Origin: Mobula hypostoma
Lineage: Eukaryota
Direction: 5' to 3'
Assembly: GCF_963921235.1 (NCBI RefSeq)
Contig: NC_086097.1
Coordinates: 253,458,001 to 253,522,000, forward strand
DNA: 64,000 bases
This document shows positions 38,128-51,191 of this stretch, piece after piece. Both the position numbers and the translations under genes were made by a program. A model generated the notes under the pieces. It had not been told where the DNA came from, did not search any database, and worked only from the letters and a program-made list of their open reading frames with translations. The first letter of the stretch is position 1, and each line of letters begins with the position of its first letter.

Positions 38128-39510
38128 GAAACATAGAAAACCTACAGCACAATACAGGCCCTTTGGCCCACAAAGCTGTGCTGAGCACGTCCTTACCTGA
38201 GAAATTACCTAGGGTTACCCACAGCCCTCTATTTTTCTGAGCTCCACGTACCTATCCAGGAGTCTTTTAAAAGACTCTATCGTATCCACCTCCACTACCA
38301 TCACTGGCAACCCATTCCACGCAATCACCACTCTCTGCATAAAAAATTTACCCCTGACGTCTCCTCTGTACCTACTTCCAAGCATCTTAAAACTGTCCCC
38401 TCTCATGCTAGCCATTTCAGCCCTGGGGAAAAGCCTCTGATTATCCACACGATCAATGCCTCTCATCATCTTATACACCTCTATCAGGTCACCTCTCATC
38501 CTCCGTCGCTCCATGGAGAAAAAGCCGAGTTCACTCAAACTATTCTCATAAGGCATGCTCCCCAATCCAGGCAACATCCTTGTAAACTTCCTCTGCACCC
38601 TTTCTATGGTTTCCACATCCTTCCTGTATTGAGGTGACCAGAACTGAGCACAGTACTCCAAGTGGGGTCTGACCAGGGTCCTATATAGCTGCAACATTAC
38701 CTCTCGGCTCTTAAACTCAATCCCACGATTGATGAAGGCCAATGCACCGTATGCCTTCTTAACCACAGAGTCAACCTGCGCAGCTGCTTTGAGTGTCCTA
38801 TGGACTCGGACCCCAAGATCCCTCTGATCCTCCACACTGCCAAGAGTCTTACCATTAGTGCTATATTCTGTCATCATATTTGACCTACCAAAATGAATCA
38901 CCTCACACTTATTTGAGTTGAACTGTATCTGCCACTTCTCAGCCCATTTTTGCAACCTATCGATGTCCCGCTGTAACCTCTGACAGCCCTCCACACTATC
39001 CACAACACCTCCAACCTTTGTATCATCAGCAAATTTACTAACCCATCCCTCCTCTTCCTCATCCAGGTCACTTATAAAAATCATGAAGAGTAAGAGTCCC
39101 AGAACAGATCCCTGAGGCACACCACTGGTCACTGACCTCCATGCAGAATATGACCCATCTACAACCACTCTTTGCCTTCTGTGGGCAAGCCAGTTCTGGA
39201 TCCACAAAGCAATGTCCCCTTGGATTCCATGCCGCCTCACTTTCTCAATAAGCCTTGCATGGGGTACCTTATCAAATGCCTTGCTGAAATCCATATACAC
39301 TACATCTACTGCTCTTCCTTCATCAATGTGTTTAGTCTCATCCTCAAAAAAATTTAATCAGGCTCGTAAGGCACGACCTGCCTTTGACAAAGCTATGCTG
39401 ACTATTCTTAATCATATTATACCTCTCCAAATGTTCATAAATCCTGCCTCTCAGGATCTTCTCCATTAACTTACCAACCATTGAAGTAAGACTCACTGGT
39501 CTATAATTTG
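38128..39510 (-). mobile_element. Young CR1 LINE, 5'-truncated, with a 361-aa open RT frame
   Basis: ORF 38215-39300 carries the CR1 RT motifs; (tttctatg) tail. Confidence 0.95.
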
Positions 39511-40204
39511 CTTTTAATTCATTACAAGCGACCAAAGTAATTTTAGCCAGGCTTTCTTCGTGGCTAAGGAAAACTTTGAAATTGAGTCCGATTAGTGACA
39601 GGACAGTAACAATATTATTGTAATACAGAGTAACATTACTGACTGTGAAAGTAATCCTTTAAAAATATAACTTTAACTCCATTTGAACAAAATGTGTTAC
39701 ATTCATTTCCCAAATATGTGAATATTTGGCTAAATGAAGTTGAATTTTATTTCATTTTATTGTATTTTATTTATTTATTTTGTGATACCTTGAGACGACG
39801 ACCCCTCTGGCCCTTTGCTCACACCACCCCAGCAACTCCAGAAGCCTGATTCACCCTGACCTACCCTCAGGACAATTAACAGTGACCAATTAACCAACTA
39901 ACCGGTACGTCTTTGGACTGTGGGAGGAAACTGGAGCACCCAGAGGAAACCCTCACACTCCACATGGAGAACACACAAACTCCTTATAGAACGTGCTGGA
40001 ACTGAACTCGGAAATGCTGACTGCCCTAAGCTGTAATGGCTTCACACGAACGACTACGCTGCTGTGGCGCCTCACCCATATCATAGCAGTTATATGTCTT
40101 GATACCTAGCCTTCGAAAATAGTGCAAAGTCTGTGTAAAAATATAATCGTGTTTGAAGAAACCTCAATGTTAATTTAATTTTGATGCAAATTAAGATACT
40201 TGTG

Positions 40205-42000
40205 ACCTGGGTAGATGGGTGGGTTAGGAAGTTTGCAGATGGTACAAAGATTGGTGAAGTTATAGATAACACAGAAGGCTGGCAAAGAATACAGACGATT
40301 ACACATCAGCAGCAGATATGGATGGAGAAATGGCAGATAGAGATTAACGGGACAAATGTAAAGGTTGGCACTTGGGAAGGTCAACTGTAAAGAGGCAGTA
40401 CCCTAACAGTGTTGACGAGCAGAGGGTTCTTGGGGGATCAAGTCCATTACTCCATGAACATGGCTACACCAGTTGATAGGGTGGTTATGAATGCTTATGT
40501 CCAATTTCCCTTTATGAGTTCAGGAAGTTATGTTGCAGTTTATAATGCTCTAGTTAAGCTGCAATATTGCATACGGTTCTGGTTGCCCTGTTGTAGGAAG
40601 GATGTCAAGAGGGTGCAGGAGAGGTTTACCAGGATGTTGCCTGATTTTGAGGGCATGTACTATCACGAGAAGTTGGATAAACTTGGGCTGTTTTCTCTGG
40701 AATGGCAGGAGCTTTGGAATAGAGGGGCATCCTTTTAGAACGGAGAGGGGGAGGAATTTCTTTAGCCAGAGTGGTAAATCTGTGGAATTCTTTGCCACAG
40801 GCATCTGTGGAGACCAAGTATTTATATACATTTAAGGCTGAGGTTGATAGATCAAGGCATGAAGGAATACAGGGAGAAGCAAGGAGATTGGGACTGAGAG
40901 GGAAGTTGGATCAGCCATCATGAAATGGAGGAGCAGATTCGAAGGGCCACATGGCCTAATTCTGCTCCTATACCTTACGGACTTATGCTTCGGGTCTAAT
41001 AGAGGTTTATGAGATTGTGAGAGGTATAGATAGAATGGACAAAGAGCATCTGTTTCCCAGGGTTGAAATGTCTAATACCAGAGGGCATGCATTTCAGGTG
41101 AGAGGGGCAATTTCGAAGGAGATATGAGGGGCAAGTTTTCTTACACAGACCGTGGTGGGTGCCTGGAATACGCTGTCTAGGCTGCTGGTAGAGGCAGACA
41201 CATTAGGGGCTTTTAAGAGACGTTTAGATAGGCACAGGAATGTGAGGAACATGGAAGGATATGAACATTGTGTGACAGAGGGGATTTGTTTAGCTGGCCA
41301 TTCGATTGCTAATGTAATTGGTTCAGGTCACTGTGGGCTGAGGAGACTGTTTCTGTGCTGTACTGCTCTATGTTCTATGTTCTGTAGCCCTCTATTTTCT
41401 ACCATCCATGTACTTATCTAAGAGTCTCTTAAATGCCCCTAATATATCCGCCTCTAACCCACCCCCTGCCCCGGCTGGGTGTCCCAAACATCCACCACTC
41501 TCAGTGTCAAAACCTACCTCTGACATACCCATATAGTTTCCCCAATCACCTTAAAATTATGTTCACCTGGGAAAAGTCTCTGGCTGTCCACTCGATCTAT
41601 GCCTCTTATCATCTTGTACACCTCTGTCAAGTCACCTCTCATCCTCCTTCACTTCAAAGAGAAAAGCCCGAGCTCGCTCAGCCTATCCTCACCAGACATG
41701 CTCTCTGATCCAGGCAGCATCCTGGTAAAAACCCTCTCTAAAGTTTCCACATCCTTCCAATACTGAGGTGACCAGAACTGAACACAGTACTCCAAGTGTG
41801 GTCTAACCAGGGTTTTATGGAGCTGCAACGTTACCTCACCACTCCTGAACTCAATCCCCCGACTAATGAAGCTAAGACACCATTTGGCTTCTTAAGAAAC
41901 CTATCTACTTGCACAGAGTCTTGAGGAATCTATGGATGTGGACCCCAAGTTCCCCCGTACCTCCACGCAGCCGAGAATCCCGTCATTAACCATGTATTCT
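40205..42000. mobile_element. Nested, oppositely oriented CR1 fragments
   Basis: KFADGTKIG and RVQERFTRMLP on +; reverse CR1 from about 41385. Confidence 0.8.
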
Positions 42001-43984
42001 CCCTGTATAAGATAGAAGAATGTTTCTCATTTCACCAGTGTCTGTGCTCCAACTCACTCCAAGAATATCTTAAAAAGTGAACAGCCTTCAAACTACACAT
42101 ATGGGAGGGGGCATGGTAGCAGAATAACGAGCAGAACGCTTTACAGCTCCAGCGATTGGGGTTGAACAGCTGCCGCTGTCTATAAAGAGTTTGCACGTTC
42201 TCTCCATGGCTGGTGGGGGTGGGGGTGTGACATTCCTCCCACATTTCAAAGAACAATTAGTAAGTTGTCGGCGTGTTGGTGCTGGACGAGTGGCGACATT
42301 TGAGGGCTTCCCCCAGCACATCCCCAGACTGTGTTCATAGTTGAAGTAAATGACATGTTTCACTGAACGACACACACACACACAATGCCGGAGGGACTCA
42401 GCAGGCCAGGCAGCACCTATGGAAAAGAGAACAGTCGACGATTTGAGCCGAGACCCTTTGTCAGGACTGCTGAGTTCCTCCAGCACCTGCAGATTCTCTC
42501 TTGTTTGTGGACATGTTTCACTGTATGTTTTGATGCACAAAACATCAGATAAAGCTGATCTTTCTTTCAGTCCAGCACAGTACAGGCCCTTTGGCCTTTT
42601 AACCTGCTCTAAGATCAATCCAACACTTCCCTCCTACAAAGCCCTCAGTCTTTCTATCAACACGTGCCTATCTGAGAGAGCCTCGGAGAGTCTGACCTTG
42701 TGTTTAGAGTCCGCCATGCCACTCTCCTGATCACCTCAGTGTCGGGGAACAAGGACGTTTCTCATTTCTGGCAACAATCCACTTCACCAGTGGTCGCGCT
42801 CCAACTCGCCGCTAGAACGCCAGCAAGAGCTTCCGGAAAAAGTCAAAGAGCACAGAGCGACCAGATTTGCTGAAAGGTATCCAAACAGCTCAGTATCATC
42901 GAGTTATAGAAGTCTACAGCACAGAAAATGGCCCACAGATCCATCTGTATTAATCGACCTAGTTCCGTTGACCGGCACCTAGACCATAGCCTGCCATACC
43001 CCTGCCGTCCGTGTACCTTCCCAAATTTCTCTTAAATGTTGAAATTGAACCCAACCTACCACTTGTACTGGCAGCTGGAACCACACTCCCACCATGCTCT
43101 GAGTGAAGGAGCTTCCCTTCATCTTCCCCGTAAACGTTTCATCTTTCACCCTTAACCTATGACCTCTAGTTGTCCCCTCACCCGATCCGAGTGGAAATGA
43201 TACGAGATATTTGTAGGATTGCAGCGAATGTGGTATTATCCCACAAAGGGAGAAGCAGAAAGATCTCTCACAGCAGATTAACTCTGGAAATCCCATTTTG
43301 ACTGAATATTTACCCACACAATTACTGTTCGTGTCTGAGCAGAGAGTGTGGGCGGAAATACAACGTGACACAGTCACCATAGGGTAAGATCAATAATCTC
43401 TTGCATTTTATACCATCCCCGATCGATTCCGGGACTTACACAGTGAGTGGTAGGGCATTGAGGAGTGCCGTGGAATGGAGTGATCTGGGATTGCAGGTCT
43501 ATAATTCCTAGAAAGTGGTGTCAGAATCAGGTTTCGTATCCCTGGCACATGGCGTGAAACTTGTTGTTTTGCGGCAGCAGTACAAAAAAACTACATGTTC
43601 TGTGGATCGTGAGGCTTTTCCCCAGGGCTGGAATGGCTAGCACGAGAGGGCACAGTTTTAAGGTGCTTGGAAGTAGGTACAGAGGAGATGTCAGGGGTAA
43701 GATTTTTACACAGAGAGTGGTGAGTGCGTGGAATGGGCTGCCGGTGGCCATGGTGGAGGTGGAAACGATGGGGTCTTTTAAGAAATTGAATAACTAGTGC
43801 AAAAGCAGTTTGCAAGTGAACATACACCATCTACCCACAGGTTATCACATTCAGGGACTTGAGCGATATTATGTTTTTTTCTGCTATCATGGCTGTAGGT
43901 GCTGTGGCTGTGTGTGAGTGTTGGTTTTGTATTTGTACCTTGTCTCCAGAGGATTACCGGTTTCATTTGGCTGTATTCATAGTA

Positions 43985-46900
43985 TCACAGAGTCATAGAA
44001 CAGTACAGCAGAGAAACAGGCCTTTCGGCCCATCTAGTCTGTGCCGATCCACTTAAACTGCCTACTCTCATTGACCTCCCCTCCCTACCCCTACCACCCG
44101 TGTACCCAGCCAAACTTCTCTTAAGCATTGAAATCCAGTTCACATGCACCACCTGCGCTGGCAGCTCATTCCACACTCTCACCACCCTCTGAGCGAAGAA
44201 GTTTCCCCTCATGTTCCCCTTAAACCTCTCACCTTAACCCCGACCTCTGGTTGTCGTCTCACCCAACCTCATTGGAAAATCCTGCTTGCATTTACCTTAT
44301 CTATACCCCTCATAATTTTCTATACTTCTATCAAATCTCCCCTCAATCTTCTATGTTCCAAGAAATAAAGTCATAACTTATTCAATTTTTCCGATAACTC
44401 AGGTACTCCAGACCCAGCACATACTTGTAACTTTTCTCTGCACTCTTTCAACCTTATTTACATCTTTCCTGTAGGTTGGTGACCAAAACTGCCACGATAC
44501 TCCAAATTAAGTTTCACCAACATCTTATACAACTTCAACATAGCATCCCATCTCCCGTACTCAATATGAAATGGTGGAGCAGACTCGATGGGTCAAAAAG
44601 CCTATCTCTGCTCCTAGATCTCTTATGAAGGCCAACGTGCCAAAAGCTTTGTTTATGATGCTATCTCCCTGTGACACCACTTTGAATGAATATTGGACCT
44701 CTAATCCCAGATCCCGTTGTTCTACCACACTCCTCAGTGCTTTACTGATCACGGTTTAAGACCTACCCTGGTTGATCCTCTCAAAGTGCAACACCTCACA
44801 CTTGTCTGTCAACAAAATTGAGAGAGTACAGAGAAGATTTACTAGAATGTTATCTGGTTTCATCTCCTAAGTTACAGAGAAAAGTTGAACAAGTTAGATC
44901 TTTATTCTTTGGAGTGTAGAAGGTTGAGGGGGGGACTTGATAGAGGTATTTAAGATTATGAGGGGGATAGATAGAGTTGACGTGGATAGGCTTTTTCCAT
45001 TGAGAGTGGGGAAGATTCAAACAAGAGGACATGAGTTGAGAGTTAAAGGGCAAAAGTTTAGGGGTAACATGAGGGGGAACTTCTTTACTCAGAGAGTGGT
45101 AGCTGTGTGGAACGAGCTTCCAGCAGAAGTGGTTGAGGCAGGTTCAATGTTGTTGTTTAAAGTTAAATTGGATAGATATATGGACAGGAAAGGAATGGAG
45201 GGTTATGGGCTGAGTGCAGGTCGGTGGGACTAGGTGAGAGTAAGAGTTCGGCACGGACTAGAAGGGCCGAGATGGCCTGTTTCCATGCTGTAATTGTTAT
45301 ATGGTTATATGAAGGTTAAGCTAGCCAATAATATCAAAAAGGACACCAAAAGTTTTTTTCCCCCAAATATATAAAGAGTAAAAGGGAGACAAGGCTAAAT
45401 ACTAAACCACTGAAAAATGACGCAGGAGAAGTTGTAATGGGGGGACAAAGAAATGGCGGACAAACAATAAGTATTTTGCGTCAGTCTTCACTATGGAAGA
45501 CACTAGCAGTATGCTAGAAGTTTAAGAGCATCGGGGGGCAGAAGTGAGTGCAGTTGCTATTATTGGGGAGAAAGTCTGGAGGTCTGGAGGTAGATAAGTC
45601 ACCTGGACCAGATGGACAACACCCCAGGCTTCTGAAAGAGGTGTCTGGAGAGATTGTGGAGGCATTAGTAATGATCTTTCAAGAATCACTAGATTCTGGA
45701 ATGGTTCCAGAAGGCTGGAAAAATGCAAAATGTCACTTCGCTCTTTAAGAAGAGGGGGAGGCAGAAGGAAGGAAAATACAGGCTGTTTAGCCTGCCTTCG
45801 GTGGTTGGGAAGATGGTGGAAATGAAAAGTTCAAAGTTTAACGTACATTTATTATACAACCTTGAGATTCGTCTCCTTACAGGCAGTCATAAAACAAGAA
45901 ACCCAAAGGAACCCATTAAAAAAAAGACCAGAGGACACCCAATGCACAGAGAGAGAGAGAGAGAGAGCAATAACACAAATCGTGTAAACAATAAAAGCAA
46001 GCAACTGCATTCAGAGCGAAAGTGAGTCCATAGACACAAAGCCTGAAGCTCAGTGCATCGCACAGTAGAGTAAACACGGCAGAGCAGTGAACAGAACAGC
46101 CCGACACCTGCCCTTTTCAGTGTACAGCATCTGGCTTGACATTTAAATCATCCCAACATTGGGTCTTAACTTGCTCTAAGGCCTGGGCCCTATCGCATCA
46201 ATACGCTCTGGGTCTGGACTCTGTTGCCACATTTCAACCCTTACCCAGCCTTTCCAAATTGGCCCTGAGCTTCAATCGAAGTTTTTACAAAAGGCTTTTT
46301 CAAAAAGAAGCTTTTAAAAAACATAAACAGGAATTTATAGGCCAGTAAGTCTGACAACAGTTGTTGAAAAGTTATTGGAAGGTACTGTAAGGGACTGGAT
46401 ATAGAGTATTCCGCTAGACATGGACTGATTAAGGATAGTCAGCATGGCTTCATGTGTGGTTGGTCATGTCTAACCAATCTTGTAGAGTTTTTGAGGAAGT
46501 TATTAGGGAAGTGGATGAAGGCAAGGCAGTGGATGTTGTCTACATGGACTTTAACAAGGCATTTGACAAGATCCCACATGGGAAGTTGGTCAAGAAGGTT
46601 CAGTTGCTCGGCATTCAGGATGAGGTAGTAAAATGGATTAGACATTGGCTTTGTGGGGGAAGCCAGAGAGTGGAAATAGAGAGTTGCCTCTGACTGGAGG
46701 CCTATCACAAGTGGTGAGCCACAGGGATTGGTACTGGGTCCATTGTTGATTGTCATTTATATTAGTGATCTGGATGATAATGTGGTTAACTGGATCAGCA
46801 AATTAGTGGATGATACCAAGAATGGGGGTGTAGTAGACAGCAAGGCTATCATGGCTTGCAGAGAGATCTGCATCAGCTGGAAAAATGGGCTGAAAAATGG

Positions 46901-47180
46901 CAAATGGAATTCAATGCAGACAAGTGAGACATTTTGCACTTCACCAGACCTAACCCAGGGTAAGTCTTACACAGTGAACGGTAGGGCACTAAGGAGTGTG
47001 GTAGAACAAAGGGATCTGGGAATAGAGGTCTATAATTTGTTGAAAGTGGCATCACAGGTGGATAGGGGTTGTAAATAAAGCTTTTGGCACACTGGCCTTC
47101 ATAAATCAATGTATTGAGCACAGGAGATGGGATGTTATGTTGAAGATGTGTAAGACATTGATGACGTCTAATTTGAGGCA
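43985..47180. mobile_element. CR1 fragment cluster (minus 43985-44810; plus 44810-45815 and 46330-47180)
   Basis: Multiple CR1 RT peptides in the ORF track. Confidence 0.85.
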
Positions 47181-47182
47181 GT

Positions 47183-48430
47183 GTGTGACAGTCAGGAAAG
47201 GGAAGGGGGTTAAGGAGCCAGTGAAGAGTATCCCTGTGGCCATCCCCCTCAACAACGGGTTTGGATACTGTCGGGGGAGATGACATAACAGAGGAAGGTC
47301 GCAGTGGTTGGGTCTCTGGCACGGAGTCTGTCTCCGTGACTCAGAAGGGAAGTGAGAGAAGAGTAACGCTGTTGTGAAAGGAGATTCATTATTTAAGGGA
47401 ACAACAGGAGGTACTGTGGGCAAGAACAAGATTCCCAGATGGTACATTGCCTCCCGGGAGCCAGGGTCTAGGATATTTCGGATTGAGTCCTCAGCATTCT
47501 TAAGTGGGAGGGTGAACAGCCAGAAGTCGTGGTCCATGTCGGTACCAGTGACATGGGCAGGACGAGTGATGAGGTTCTGCAGAGGGAGTTCAGGGAGTTC
47601 GGTGCTAAGTTAAAGGGCAGGACCTCTGGGGTTGTGATCTCAGAATTACTACACATACCACGTGCTAGTGAGGCCAGAACTAGGAAGATTATACAGTTTA
47701 ACACATGGCTAAGGAGTTGGTGTAGGAGGGAAGGCAAAACATTTTTGAATCATTGGTCTCTCTCACAGGGGAAGTGGGATCTGTACAGAAGGGACAGCTT
47801 GCACCTGAACTGGAGAGGGACTAATATCCCAGTGGGAAGGTTTGTAAATGCTGCACGGTGGAGTTTAAACTAGAGTTGCAGGGGGATGGGAATCAGAGTG
47901 CCAGAGCAGTTGTGGAGAGGTTGTGGAGGCAGATGCTGGTAAGACCTCAGACAAAGTCAGGAATCAAAAGGTTGAGCATGGTGCGACTAGACTAGAGTCC
48001 TGAGCTGCGTATATGAGGGGTGATTGATGGGTTCGTGGCCTAAGGTAGAAGAAGTCAATGTTAGAAAACCTAGCACATTTATTTTTCAACATAGTCCCCT
48101 CCTACATGTACACACTTAGTCCAGTGGTCGTGGAGCATACGGATATTGGACCTCCAGAAAGTGTCCGCAGAAGGGTGATTGATAAGTTCGTGGCCTAAGG
48201 TAGAAGGAGATGCAGAAAGTTTGAAGTTAATAACTCATCTCCTTCCACCTTAGGCCAGGAACTTATCAATCACCCCTGATGAGCTATTAACTTCAAACTT
48301 TCTGCATAATCACTCAAAGAGTTGAACTGCATGTGCATGTAATGAGAGCTGTAGAATTCATCTCCTTCTACCTGAGGCCACAAACTTATCAATCACCCCT
48401 CGTATTTCAATGTAAGAAATATCGTAGGAA
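47183..48430 (+). mobile_element. CR1 ORF1 (SGNH esterase) region
   Basis: GDS...VHVGTSD...DSLHLNWRG esterase motifs. Confidence 0.85.
48014..48402. mobile_element. Mariner-derived MITE with TA TSD
   Basis: TA|(c/t)gaggggtgattgat...atcaatcacccctcg|TA; internal minus-strand WTKCVHVGGDYVEK* mariner C-terminus. Confidence 0.85.
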
Positions 48431-50550
48431 AGAGAGATGATATTCCTGAGGATGAGGTAACTGTTTTACAAGCAGAGGTAACATGTAGTGAAGAGAGACT
48501 GTTGATTGGGTAAAATTGCAGTCAACAGGATGAGGCAACGTAAAATGCAGACAAAATCGAAAAGGGTGAATACAGGACTGAAGGTGTTGTATTTGAATGC
48601 ACGCAGTATGCAGAATAAGGCAGATGAACTTGCAGCACAGTTGCAGTTTGGCAGGTATGATGTAAGCATTACTGATCATGGTTGAAAGAAGATTATAGCT
48701 GGGAGCTTAAAGCCTAAGGATACTCATTGTATCAAAGGACAGACAGGAAGGTGGCTCTGTTGGTAAAATATGAAATCAAATCATTAGAAAGAGGTGACAC
48801 AGGGGTGGAAGGTGTTGAATCATTGTGGATAGAGCTAAGGAACTGCAGGGGTAAAAAGACCATGATGGAATTTCTATGCAGACCCCCAAACAGTAGTAAG
48901 GATGTGGCCTACAAATTACAATGGGAGATAGAAAATGCATGTCAGAAGGGCAATGTTACAATAGTCATGCGGGATTTCAATATGCAGGTAGGTTGGGGAA
49001 ATCAATTGGTGTTGGGTTCCAGAAGGGGAAATTTCTAGAATACCTATGAGATGGCAGCTCGTGGTTGAGCCCACTAGAGGATCAGCTATTCTAGATTGGG
49101 TAATGTGCAATGAGCCTGAATTGATTAGAGAGTTTAAGGTAAAAGAACCCTTTAGGGAAAGTGATTATAATATGATTGAATTCACCCTGAAATTTGAGAA
49201 GTAGAAGCTAATGTCAGATGGATCAGTATTACAGTGCAGCAAAGGGAATTACAGAGGCATGAGAGAGGAGCCAGAGGGTGGTGAATTTGTGGAATTTGTT
49301 GTCACAGGCAACTGTGGAGGTCAGGTCATTGGGTGTATTTAAGGCAGAGATTGACAGGTTCTGGATTGGACATGGCATCAAAAGTTACGGGGAGGAGGCC
49401 GGGAACTGGGGTTGAGGAGGAGAAGGAAAAAGGATCAGCCATGATTAAGCGGTGGAGCAGACTTGATGGGCAGATGTCCATATTCTACTCCTGTGTCTTA
49501 TGGAGCTGGCCAAAATTGATTGGGAAAGAACATGATAAAATAAGTCGTAGTCAGCATGGTTTCCTCAAGGGAAAATCTGCTGGAACTCTTTGAAGAAATA
49601 ACAAGCAGGATAGACAAAGGGGAATCGGTTGATGTTGTGTATTTGGATTTTCGGAAGGGCTTTGACAAGGTGCCACACATGAGACTGCTTAACAAGCTAC
49701 GAGACCATGGTATTACAGGAAAGATCCTAGCATGGACAAAACAGTGGCTGATTGGCAGGAGGCAAAGTATGGGAATAAAGTGAGCCTTTAGTGGTTGGCT
49801 ACGGTGTAGGGGTGTTCCACAGGGTTATGTGTTGCGACCAATTCTTTTTATGTTATATGTCAATGATTTGGATGATGGAATTGATGGCTTTGTTGCAAAG
49901 TTTGCAGACGATATGAAGAGAGATGGAGGAGCAGGTAGTTTTGAGGAAGTAGAGAGGCTACAGAAAGACCTAGACAGATTATGATAATGGGTAAAGAAGT
50001 GGCAGGTGGAATACAGTGTCAGGAAGTGTATGGTATTGTGCTTTGGTAGAAGAAATTACTATTTTTTAAAATGGAGAGAAAATACAAAAAAACGGAGGCA
50101 CAAAGGAACTTGGGATTCCTTGTGTAGGATTCGCTGAAGGTTAATTTGCAGGTTGAGTCTGTGGTGAGGAAGGCAAATGCAATGTTAGCATTCATTTCAA
50201 GAGGACTAGAATATAAAAGCAAGGATATAATGATGAGACTTTGTAAGGAACAGGTGAGGCCTCACTTGGAGTATTGTGAGAAGTTTCTGGGCCCCTTATC
50301 TTCGAAAGGATGTGTTGATACTGGAGAGGGTTCAAAGGAGATTCACAAAAAGGATTCCAGGATTGAACAGCTTGTCAAATGAAGAGCGTTTGATGGCCCT
50401 TGACCTGTATTCACTGGAACTTAGAAAAACGAGGGGTGATCTCATTGAAACCTATCGAATGGTGAAAGACCTTGATAGAGTGGATGTGGTGAGGATGTTT
50501 CCTGTGGTGGGAGTGTCTAAGGCCAGAGGACAGCCTCAGAATAGAGGGAT
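48430..50550 (+). mobile_element. CR1 ORF2 (endonuclease and RT), degenerate; 3' end continues at 51123-51191 and 55904-56095
   Basis: LKVLYLNARS, RPPNS, VYLDFRKGFDKVPH and RPHLEYC motifs. Confidence 0.88.
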
Positions 50551-51122
50551 GCCCTGTTTTTCCCTAATTTTTATAGATGCACCATAGAAAGCATTTTTCT
50601 CGGGTGGATTACAACCTGGTATGGAAGTTGTCCTGTCCAAGACCGGAAGAAGCTGCAGAAGATCGTGAACACAGCCCAGCACATCACACAAACTAATCTT
50701 CCGTCCTTGGACTCACTTTACACCGCACGCTGTTGGAGCAGTGCTGCCAGGATAATCAAGGATACGACCCACCCAGCCAACACACTTTTCGTCCCTCTTC
50801 CCTCCAGAGAAGACTCAGGAGCTTGAAGACTCGTACGGCCAGATTTGGGAACAGCTTCTTTCCAACTGTGATAAGACTGCTGAATGGATCCTGACCCGGA
50901 TCTAGGCCGTACCCTCCAAATCTCCGGATCTGCCTCTCGGATTTTTTGCACTACCTTACTTTCCATTTTTCTATTTTCTATTTATGATTAATAATTTAAA
51001 TTTTTAATATTTACTATCGATTTGTAATCCAGGGAGTGGGAAGCACAGAATCAAATATCGCTGTGATGATTGTACGTTCTAGTTTCAATTGTTTGGCCAC
51101 AGTAAAGTATAAAGTATAAAGT
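50551..51122 (+). mobile_element. Rex1/Babar 3' fragment inserted in the CR1
   Basis: FYRCTIES...RKKLQKIV...RFGNSFFP; (aaagtat) tail. Confidence 0.8.
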
Positions 51123-51191
51123 CATAATGAAGATGAGGAGGAATTTCTTTAACCAGAGAGTAGTGAATCTGTGGAATTCTTTGCCACAGGC

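Noticed and set aside
38215..39300. 361-aa RT ORF as a domesticated or autonomous gene
   Set aside because: It is a 5'-truncated CR1 lacking endonuclease and ORF1, with near-identical broken paralogs at 80-1460 and 5705-6610.
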